Assembly (NCBI GenBank): GCA_965209055.1
Contig: OZ242374.1
Span: 4,800,001-4,864,000, forward strand
Direction of reading: 5' to 3'
DNA: 64,000 nucleotides
Origin: Acidobacteriota bacterium
Lineage (GTDB): Bacteria; Acidobacteriota; UBA6911; RPQK01; JAJDTT01
Part shown: positions 9,850-17,579 of the stretch, piece by piece
How the letters are laid out: every line of letters starts with the position of its first letter
Numbering within the stretch: position 1 is the stretch's first letter
Position numbers and translations under genes: made by a program
Notes under the pieces: model-generated
What the model saw: the letters and a program-made list of their open reading frames with translations, nothing else
Told to the model about the DNA's origin: nothing
Database searches by the model: none

Positions 9850-10692
9850 ATGCCCCAACATCGGACGACCAGCATCGGAGTCGACAACCCCTGGTACCCG
9901 GAGGGAGGGCCCGGGCGGCATCTCAAAGCCCGGCTCAAGCGGGGTGAGGTGCTGATCGGCCCCATGCTGGAGGCGTATGCCCATCCGTCCCTCATCAAGC
10001 TGTTCCGGCACGCGGGATTCGACTTCGTCTACATCGAGTACGAGCACAGCCTCTTCGACCTGCAGGACCTGGCCGACACCATCCTGGCCGCCCGCGACAA
10101 CGGTCTGCCCCCCATCGCCAAGACGCCCCAACTGGAGCGGCAGGAGGTCTCGAAGCTGCTGGAGGCGGGAGTGGTGGGCATCCAGTTGCCCCGGACCGAG
10201 ACCCGGGAGCAGGTTCAAAGGCTGCTGAGCTATCTGAAGTTTCCACCGGCGGGAACCAGGGCCGTGGCGCCGGGATGGGGCAACAGCGACTACCGGGAAG
10301 TCACCGACTGGCAGGGCTGGATGGACGAGCAGGACCAGGAGACCACGGTGGTGGTGCACCTGGAAACGGTGCGCGGGTACGAGAACGCGGAAGAGATCCT
10401 GAGCCTGCCCGGGGTCGACATGTGCTATGTGGGCCCGGGAGACACCTCCATCGAGTTCGGACATCCAGGCGACTACGACCATCCCGCCGTGCGGGGCCCC
10501 ATGGAGGAGGTTCTGGCGCTCTGCAAGAAGTATGGCGTGGCCTTCGGCACAACGCCCTCCGGCGGAGCCGCCGCGGGCGAATGGGCCCGCAAGGGGGCTA
10601 CGTTCTTCGAAGCGGAGTCGGAGTTGGGGTTCATCCGGACCGGAGCCGCCGCGCTACTGGACGACTACCGGGCGAACATCGGATCGGGATAA
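9850..10692 (+). CDS. HpcH/HpaI aldolase family protein
   Basis: AGFDFVYIEYEH, LLEAGVVGIQLP, KFPPAGTRA, HLETVRGYENAEEILSLPGVDMCYVGPGD. SD GGAGG present. Confidence 0.9.
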   Translation: MPQHRTTSIGVDNPWYPEGGPGRHLKARLKRGEVLIGPMLEAYAHPSLIKLFRHAGFDFVYIEYEHSLFDLQDLADTILAARDNGLPPIAKTPQLERQEVSKLLEAGVVGIQLPRTETREQVQRLLSYLKFPPAGTRAVAPGWGNSDYREVTDWQGWMDEQDQETTVVVHLETVRGYENAEEILSLPGVDMCYVGPGDTSIEFGHPGDYDHPAVRGPMEEVLALCKKYGVAFGTTPSGGAAAGEWARKGATFFEAESELGFIRTGAAALLDDYRANIGSG

Positions 10693-10696
10693 GAAT

Positions 10697-10720
10697 GGGG
10701 GACAGGAATGTCCCCCCTCC
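10697..10720 (+). repeat. Single REP hairpin between convergent genes
   Basis: GGGGGACA-GGAA-TGTCCCCC-CTCC. Confidence 0.75.
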
Positions 10721-11376
10721 TACACGCGCTCCACGGCGGCGGGACAGCGGACCCCCGTTCCTCCCAGACCGCAGTAGCCGGCAGGGTTCTTGGCCAGGTA
10801 CTGCTGGTGGTAGTCCTCGGCGTAGTAGAAATCGGGAGCCGGCAGGATCTCGGTGGTGACGGGACCGTATCCGGCGGCGGTCAGTTCCTGCTGGAAGGCG
10901 TCCCTCGAGGCCGCGGCCAAGTCATTCTGACGATCCGAACCGGTGTAGATTCCGGAACGGTACTGGGTCCCCATGTCGTTGCCCTGGCGCATGCCCTGGG
11001 TCGGATCGTGGTTTTCCCAGAAGATGCGGAGCATCTCTCCAAAGCCGGTCCGCGCGGGGTCGAAGACGACCCGGACCACCTCGTTGTGACCGGTCAGTCC
11101 GCTGCACACCTCCTGGTAGGTGGGGTTGGGCGTAAAGCCCCCCGCATAGCCCACGGAGGTGGAAAATACCCCTGCAGCTTCCCAGAACTTCCGCTCCGCG
11201 CCCCAGAAGCACCCCAGTCCGAAGAGAGCCGTTTCCATCCTGCGCGGGAACGGAGGGAGCAGGGGCGTGTCCAAGACAAAATGCCGGGCGGGAACCGGCA
11301 TGGAAGCATTCCGGCCGGGGAGCGCATCCTCCGGTTTCGGCATTCTGAGCTTGCTGGAAAAGTCCCAAAAGACCAT
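10720..11376 (-). CDS. msrA: Peptide-methionine (S)-S-oxide reductase
   Basis: GCFWG active site, [43 protein letters not shown]. Confidence 0.97.
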   Translation of the reverse strand: MVFWDFSSKLRMPKPEDALPGRNASMPVPARHFVLDTPLLPPFPRRMETALFGLGCFWGAERKFWEAAGVFSTSVGYAGGFTPNPTYQEVCSGLTGHNEVVRVVFDPARTGFGEMLRIFWENHDPTQGMRQGNDMGTQYRSGIYTGSDRQNDLAAASRDAFQQELTAAGYGPVTTEILPAPDFYYAEDYHQQYLAKNPAGYCGLGGTGVRCPAAVERV

Positions 11377-11437
11377 ATTCTCTCCCGCCTGCCGCCGTGC
11401 CTAACCGGCACCGGCGATGCAGTCTCCAACCCTCCGC

Positions 11438-13783
11438 CTATTCTTCGGACCGCCGCAGGAAAACGTCGCTCGTCGCGATCGCCGTGACCGCGGCGGAGAT
11501 CCGGTAGTCACTCTCTTCCAGCGCGCGGCGGGCCGACAGCACGGCATAGAAGTCGCCGGACTGGAGCTCCCGCGTCAAGGCGTATACGACCAGGTTCTCG
11601 GCGAAGTTCCGGACGAAGGTCCGCCTCCGATGTTCCTGGAGCAGGTACTGCTTCAGATCCTTCAATCCGCGAACGACGGTGCCGTCGGGCAACGGGTCCG
11701 GGTCTTCCACCGGTTCCCGGCTGCGGCGTCCGATGGCATCGAACTCCTCCAGCGCCAACCCCAGTGGATCGATACGGTTGTGACATCCGGCGCAGCGCGT
11801 GTCCTGCCGGTGGGCCGCCATCACTTCGCGCAAGCTCATCTCGGCCGCGTTCCCGTTTTGCGAGTCCTCCAGCTTGCCCGTCTCCACCGGAGGCGGCAGC
11901 GTGGGTGTCCCCAGGACCTCGTCCAGAATGTAGGCGCCGCGCTCGATGGCGCTCCGGCGATTCGGGTGGGAGGTGAGGCTCAGGATGCCCGCCATGCCCA
12001 GCAGGCCGCCGCGGCCGTCGCTCTCGGACAACGAGACCTTCCGGAAAGAGTCCCCTTCGATCCCCTTCATGCCGTAGAAATCGGCGAGCTCGGCGTTGAC
12101 GAAGGTGAAATCGGAGTCCAGGAGATTCAGGATGCTCAGGTCCTGCCGAATGATCTCTTCGACGAAACTCCGAATCTCCCCGTACATGGAAGCCTGAAGG
12201 GTCTCGGAGAAGCGGGGGAACTCCTCCCGAGAGACGTCCAGGTGGTCCTTCACCTTGTTGAACTTGAGCCACTGGCCCGCGAACTGGGTGGCCAGAGCCG
12301 CCGCCCGGGGATCGCGCAGCATGCGCTTCACCTGCGTCTCGAGGACCTGGCTGTCGTGAAGCCGTTCCTCCAACGCCAGCCGGATCAACTCCCAGTCGGG
12401 CGGACCCGACCAGAGGAAGTAGGACAAGCGCGACGCCACCGCATGATGGAGCAGAGGCCCGGTGGCCTTCGACGGCTTTCGTTTCTTGTCGCTCCAGTTG
12501 ATGATCTTCCTCTCCCAACCGTGCACTTCGGCCAGATAGACGAACTGGGGAGAGGACAGTATCCCCTGAATCCCCTTCCTCACAGCCGCCTGGCGGTCCA
12601 TCCCTTCACCGATCCGGCCGTCCAGAAAAGCCGTCAGACGCCTGGCTTCGTCCTCTCGCAGCGGCCGGCGCCAAGCGCGCTCGGCGAAGGCCAGCAGGTG
12701 GTGGAGGGCCCGGATCCGCCATTCGTCCGCGGGAAGCGGCTCCAGCGTTTCGGAAGCAGCCGGCGGCCCGAATCGGATGCCCTGGTCCGGGTCCAGAACG
12801 GCGTGGGACGCGATCCTGTCCGCCGCCTTCATGTAACGCGCCAGCTTGGTGGGTGACAACTGCATCTCGTGACCCCGATTGGCGAAACCGCCATCGCTGG
12901 CCACGCCCCCCGGCTGAGTGAGCCGGCTCAGGTCCAGGTCGAGCCCCGTCAGGTCGCGAACCGTGTTGTCGTACTCGAAGGGAGTCAACTGCCGCAGGCG
13001 GGCATTGCTGGGCCGGGAAGATTCGGGGGTCACCCGCTCTTCCAAAGCCCGCTCGTACCAGATGGCGAACAGTTCCCGCTCCTGTTCCGACGGCTGGTGC
13101 TTCTGGGCGGGATGAGGCATGGAGCCGGTGGTGAGGGCCCGCGCCACGCCGCCCCAGGTCTTGTGCCACTTCCGCAGTTCGTCGTCGAACCGTTGTTCGA
13201 CGCTTTCCTGCAGGTCGAGCCCCCCTTCCCGCGTCGCATTGTCGTGACAGCCGTAGCAGTAGTGCTTCAGGAAGGGGTGGATGTGCTCGGCAAACTTCAA
13301 CTCCGATGCGGGTCCCTGAAGCTCGGCATAGGGAATTTCCGGCTCGGAGGCTTTCTCCGCCGATAGGTCCGCCGGTTCCGGCCAGGAGGACGCCCGGTCG
13401 ATCCAGTCGGCCAGCATGGCAATCTGCTCAGCCGTGGGCCGGGGAAGGCCTTGGGGAGGCATGGTCTCGGGATGGTCCGGAGGCAGGCTGAGACGCCGGA
13501 TCAGACGGCTCCCGGCTGAATTTCCGGCAACCATCACCCGGCCGCTGTCGCTGCCCCGGAGGGCGTTCTCGAACCGGTCCAGGCGCAGCCCGCCTTGCGG
13601 ATTATTCTCGCCGTGGCAGCTCTGGCAGTAACGGCTGAAGAGGCTGTGGATCTTGGCGTCCCAATCCCCCGGCGGCGGAGCCTGCCGGCCCAGCGCGGCC
13701 GGTCCCGCCACGCCCATGAGCAGAACCCACAGGATTCCGAGGATTCGGATGCGGGATGAGCAACGTCCGGAGACGGACGTCAT
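11438..13783 (-). CDS. Planctomycete-type multiheme protein (2x PSCyt1 plus DUF1587/1595/1592/1588/1585)
   Basis: Signal peptide; CQSCH and CYGCH; LRQLTPFEYDNTVRDL; FAERAWRRP; ASRLSYFLWSGPPD; RGGLLG; CAGCHNRIDPLGLALEEFDAIG. Confidence 0.9.
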   Translation of the reverse strand: MTSVSGRCSSRIRILGILWVLLMGVAGPAALGRQAPPPGDWDAKIHSLFSRYCQSCHGENNPQGGLRLDRFENALRGSDSGRVMVAGNSAGSRLIRRLSLPPDHPETMPPQGLPRPTAEQIAMLADWIDRASSWPEPADLSAEKASEPEIPYAELQGPASELKFAEHIHPFLKHYCYGCHDNATREGGLDLQESVEQRFDDELRKWHKTWGGVARALTTGSMPHPAQKHQPSEQERELFAIWYERALEERVTPESSRPSNARLRQLTPFEYDNTVRDLTGLDLDLSRLTQPGGVASDGGFANRGHEMQLSPTKLARYMKAADRIASHAVLDPDQGIRFGPPAASETLEPLPADEWRIRALHHLLAFAERAWRRPLREDEARRLTAFLDGRIGEGMDRQAAVRKGIQGILSSPQFVYLAEVHGWERKIINWSDKKRKPSKATGPLLHHAVASRLSYFLWSGPPDWELIRLALEERLHDSQVLETQVKRMLRDPRAAALATQFAGQWLKFNKVKDHLDVSREEFPRFSETLQASMYGEIRSFVEEIIRQDLSILNLLDSDFTFVNAELADFYGMKGIEGDSFRKVSLSESDGRGGLLGMAGILSLTSHPNRRSAIERGAYILDEVLGTPTLPPPVETGKLEDSQNGNAAEMSLREVMAAHRQDTRCAGCHNRIDPLGLALEEFDAIGRRSREPVEDPDPLPDGTVVRGLKDLKQYLLQEHRRRTFVRNFAENLVVYALTRELQSGDFYAVLSARRALEESDYRISAAVTAIATSDVFLRRSEE

Positions 13784-13793
13784 GACGGCCTCC

Positions 13794-15137
13794 TCAACCG
13801 GAAAGCGTGGAACCGAGAGACTCGGTGGCTTCCTTGAACCGGTCCATGGGCGCTCCCATGTTCTCGGCCAGCGACAGGAAGAGTCCGGACATGGATCCGC
13901 CCTGGAAATCGATGGCTCGGCCGGTCTTGATCCGGCCGCCCGCGCTGCCGCCCAACAGGATCGGATACTGTTCGCAGGTGTGGCGGTTCCCGTCCCACAT
14001 GCCGGAGCCGATCATGACCATGGAATGATCCAGCAGGGTTCCCTCCCCTTCCCTCACCTCGTCCATCTTTTGGAGCAGATAGGTGTACTCGGAGACATGC
14101 CAGCGGTTGATGAGGTGGTACTGGTGCAGAGAGCTGGGGGTCTCCTTGTGGTGGCTCAGGGCGTGCCATTCCCCCCGCACTCCGGGAATGAAGCTGAAGT
14201 CGCTGTACTTGGGTCCGTAGCTGTCGAACATGAAGCTCACGACCCGAGTCTTGTCCATCCGCAGCGCCAGCACGATCAGGTCCAGCATGAGCCGGGTGTG
14301 CTCACGGAAGTTCTCCGGCTGATAGAGGGCGAAGTCGGGCGTCTCCCCCGCCCCCCGGGGATCTTCCGGATGAAAGCGGCGGGAGATGGAGCCGGCTTCC
14401 GACTGCTGCTGTCGCTGCCAATCGGCCTTGTCCCGGTCGAGGCGGGCGATGCGCTGCTCCAACTCCCGAATGCCCTGGAAGTACTCCGACAGGGTCTGGC
14501 TGTCCTGGGCGCTCAGACGCTGCTCCAGAGTCTTGGCCTGATCCAGGACCAGATCCAGAACGCTCCGGTCCCGCTTCAGCCACGACTTGTCGCCGAAGAG
14601 GGCGTCGAAGGTCATGGCCGGATCGATCTCCTTGGCCAAGGGCTTGTCGGCGCTCACCCAGGAAACGGCGGAGTCGTAGAACCCGCGGCGGTTTCTGGAG
14701 GGTGCGATGCCCAGCGCCATAGACGGAAACTCGGTCTGGTGCCCGATCCGTTTGGCGATGTGCTGATCGATGGAGATCCCGGCACGGCTGTGGTCCCGTC
14801 CGCCCGGCTCGCCGGTGTACAAGGAGGCCACCTTCCCGGCGTGTCCCCTCAGCTTCTTCAAGTGGGGATGGGAAAGATCCTGCAGGATGTTGACCTTGTG
14901 CTGGATCGGCCGGAGGGGCTCCAGGGTCGGCTTGAGGGCGAGGGTCGAACCCTCTCCGGAGGCGCCCCATTCATGTGTATTGACGCCCAGGGGAAAGAAA
15001 GTCGCCAGGAACCGGATTGGGACTCCGGCCGCAACGTCTCCCGCCGGCGCGGCCACCACGCCGGGAATCGACTCCAGCCACGGGAGAGCCAGGCCCACCC
15101 CGGCGGCCCTCAGAAATGATCGACGATTTTGCAACAT
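13794..15137 (-). CDS. DUF1552 (HXXSHH) family protein
   Basis: NRRSFLRAAGVGLALPWLES, SIDQHIA, RDRSVLD, EWHALSHH, EGEGTLLDHS, GNRH. Directly upstream of its usual DUF1592 partner. Confidence 0.92.
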   Translation of the reverse strand: MLQNRRSFLRAAGVGLALPWLESIPGVVAAPAGDVAAGVPIRFLATFFPLGVNTHEWGASGEGSTLALKPTLEPLRPIQHKVNILQDLSHPHLKKLRGHAGKVASLYTGEPGGRDHSRAGISIDQHIAKRIGHQTEFPSMALGIAPSRNRRGFYDSAVSWVSADKPLAKEIDPAMTFDALFGDKSWLKRDRSVLDLVLDQAKTLEQRLSAQDSQTLSEYFQGIRELEQRIARLDRDKADWQRQQQSEAGSISRRFHPEDPRGAGETPDFALYQPENFREHTRLMLDLIVLALRMDKTRVVSFMFDSYGPKYSDFSFIPGVRGEWHALSHHKETPSSLHQYHLINRWHVSEYTYLLQKMDEVREGEGTLLDHSMVMIGSGMWDGNRHTCEQYPILLGGSAGGRIKTGRAIDFQGGSMSGLFLSLAENMGAPMDRFKEATESLGSTLSG

Positions 15138-15242
15138 GGTCAATCCCCGGAGAAAACGTCCTTTGCCTTCACGCGGTCCGACGGATCACGTTACTCGGGC
15201 ACGAGCAGCGCCGTCGACACGATAACCGACAGTATACCCTTT

Positions 15243-15499
15243 GGGGATTATAAAGACTGGTTGACCCCAGCCTCTACAGTTCCGGCGGCACGCTCGGGCC
15301 AACGCCCCACGTTCTGCCGCCCACGGCAATATCCCCGGCCGTGTGTGTTTCGTTTCGGGACTGGCGGAACTGGCGAAGCAAAATCCATCTTCTCATCCGC
15401 CTTCATGCCCCAGGAACTGAATAGTGCCAATTACTCTGCGGACAGTATACCCCATGGGGGCGTCACTATCAGGGACGTCAAACTGTCTTTATAATCCCC
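15243..15499. mobile_element. 257-bp MITE of probable IS1595 family (ISNwi1-like ends), no transposase
   Basis: 23-bp TIRs GGGGATTATAAAGACTGGTTGAC (15243-15265) and GTCAAACTGTCTTTATAATCCCC (15477-15499), 21/23 match. Perfect 8-bp TSD TACCCTTT (15235-15242 and 15500-15507). Confidence 0.88.
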
Positions 15500-15546
15500 T
15501 ACCCTTTCACTACGACCTTCGCCAGCGTCCCGCGGCCAGGCAACAG

Positions 15547-16464
15547 CTAATCGGGCACGGCCTCCGGCGGTAGATGCCGTTCCATCCAGGCCTTGAGGGG
15601 AACATCCTCGGGTCCGGGCGAGGTGTAACCCATGCCGCCGGTGCCGGCGCCCAGGAGCTGCCGGCGAATGGGGCCGCAGCGATCCATCAGGTGATCCACG
15701 GTCATGTCGTCCCGCGGCCTGAGCCAGCGGTAGCTGTAACCGTAGAACAGGACTTTCCGCGTCCAGTCCGAATCGTTGGGACTACCCGAGTGCCAGAGCC
15801 GCCGGTCGAAGAAGACCGCAGTCCCCGGCGGGACGCAGACGGTCAGGGCATCGGGCGGGTCGGAGACACCGTCGTCAGGCAGGGGCAATCGGTTGCGGCG
15901 GTGGCTTCCGGGCACGATGGTGAAGTTGCCGCAACCGGGTTGCGACGTGTCCGTGAGGAAGAAGCCGATCTTCAGCGAAACCCTGGGCCGCGGGTCACCT
16001 TCCAATTCCAGGTTCAGGCGGCCACTATCCTGGTGCCACTCCAGCCGTTTCTTCCCGGGCGGTCGAACCCTTCCGGGCGGGGTAATGATCATGTCGGTGT
16101 GGTAGAGCTGGATGTTCCAGCCGAGGATCCCCCACACCTTGGGAAACGTCAGGGGCCAATCCAGCAACCGGAGGAACAGGTCGTCGCGGCCGATGAAATC
16201 CAGGATATGGATCATCTCTCCGGCATCAATGCCGTTTGTCTGGCGATGCCGGCAATCGAGCCGGTCGACTACCGCCGCCAGATCGCCGACCAACGACGCC
16301 GGCAGGGCATCGGGAACGATGAAATAACCCTCCTGTTCGAACTTTCGTCGTTCCTTCGCGGTGAGGCGATAGTCGAGACAACTGGGTTCCACTCTGTCCA
16401 ACTCCCCGGCGACTCGCGCGCCCGTGGCACATCGAAGGAAATGACTCTCGTGCCGGACATCCAT
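15547..16464 (-). CDS. Phytanoyl-CoA dioxygenase (PhyH) family 2OG-Fe(II) oxygenase
   Basis: FEQEGYFIVPDAL, WHQD (HxD), GNFTIVPGSH, GTAVFFDRRLWHSGSPN, RKVLFYGY. Confidence 0.9.
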   Translation of the reverse strand: MDVRHESHFLRCATGARVAGELDRVEPSCLDYRLTAKERRKFEQEGYFIVPDALPASLVGDLAAVVDRLDCRHRQTNGIDAGEMIHILDFIGRDDLFLRLLDWPLTFPKVWGILGWNIQLYHTDMIITPPGRVRPPGKKRLEWHQDSGRLNLELEGDPRPRVSLKIGFFLTDTSQPGCGNFTIVPGSHRRNRLPLPDDGVSDPPDALTVCVPPGTAVFFDRRLWHSGSPNDSDWTRKVLFYGYSYRWLRPRDDMTVDHLMDRCGPIRRQLLGAGTGGMGYTSPGPEDVPLKAWMERHLPPEAVPD

Positions 16465-16866
16465 TCGATATCAGAACCAGACACGGCAGACAAGCGCCGC
16501 AGATTCCGTTTGGCTTCAGACTCGATGCGGGTATGAGTCGGCCGGGGTAGCTGCTATGATGTGGCTCGAAATCACCAAAGACTTCATTGTGGGCGTTGCG
16601 CCGGGCACCTAGCGCCAGGAACTGATGGTGATCGGAAAGTCTGAATCGCCGTTTGGGGAAGCGATCGGCCGTTTCCAACGAATCGGTGGATTCTTCCCAA
16701 GACAGGTTCATGCCCTGCCAGCAATGGTTCACCTTTCCTCGCACGACTCCCAACGGCTTGGGGATGGTCATTTCCCAACGCTCGCCCGCTACCCAAAACC
16801 GTGCGATCCACGGACAGGCAATGCAACCTGCCACTCTATCCAATTCAAATCCGAAAGGAGAAAACC

Positions 16867-17514
16867 ATGCCACCGTTAGTCAAATGGAGCCGGAGATCAG
16901 GAATCCTGATCGCGATGCCGGTCGGACGCATTGACGGAACCAACTATCTCGAATGCCAAAACATCCTGGAGTCCGGTATCGATCCCGAAGAGGGCGCCCT
17001 GATTCTGGATTTTGCACGATTGGGCTACATCAGCAGCGCGGGACTTCGCGTCTGCCTGGTCATTGCCAAGAAGTTCAACGAACCGGGAAAGGCCTTCGGC
17101 ATCTGCAACCTCTCCAGTTCGATCCGCGACATCGTCACCGTCAGCGGCTTTGATCAGATTATCCCGCTTCACGAATCTCAGGGGGCGGCAATCGAAGCCA
17201 TCACGGGGGTGACCGGCTTCGAAAGCGACCGGGCGGCAACTCAGGCGGCCAGCACCATCCCAACGAAGCGCTCGGTCAACTTCGATATCGTCGGAGAGAA
17301 CATCCGGGATATTGCCAATTTCACGATCGAAAAATACGAATACAAGAACGACCAAACACTCTCCCTCCAGGCGCGGGAGGCGGCGATCGCCGGAATTACG
17401 AATGCCCTGTGGCGGTTCGTCGACCGTTTGAGGACCCGGCGCCAAAAGATTCTTGAGGAGATGTTCAGCTCGGCTGAGAAGGCGTTGGACGAGGTCATCG
17501 CCAAGACGGACTAA
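16867..17514 (+). CDS. STAS (anti-anti-sigma-like) protein with ~100-aa C-terminal helical extension
   Basis: SD AAGGAG before ATG 16867; GRID...LILDFARLGYISSAGLRV...SGFDQII STAS signature. Confidence 0.85.
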   Translation: MPPLVKWSRRSGILIAMPVGRIDGTNYLECQNILESGIDPEEGALILDFARLGYISSAGLRVCLVIAKKFNEPGKAFGICNLSSSIRDIVTVSGFDQIIPLHESQGAAIEAITGVTGFESDRAATQAASTIPTKRSVNFDIVGENIRDIANFTIEKYEYKNDQTLSLQAREAAIAGITNALWRFVDRLRTRRQKILEEMFSSAEKALDEVIAKTD

Positions 17515-17579
17515 CGGCAACGCTGCCGGTCGCGCCGAAGTGAATTGAAAAGGCGCGGAACGGCGTTTGCGGCAACAGA

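Noticed and set aside
15547-16464. PhyH dioxygenase as a tailoring enzyme of the swf cluster
   Set aside because: Separated from swfB by the oppositely oriented STAS gene and a 400-bp gap; PhyH paralogues are common, so there is no evidence of linkage.
16226-16873. 215-aa minus-strand ORF with an RRNAH HEPN-like string
   Set aside because: Overlaps the PhyH and STAS starts, has atypical composition and shows no other family features.
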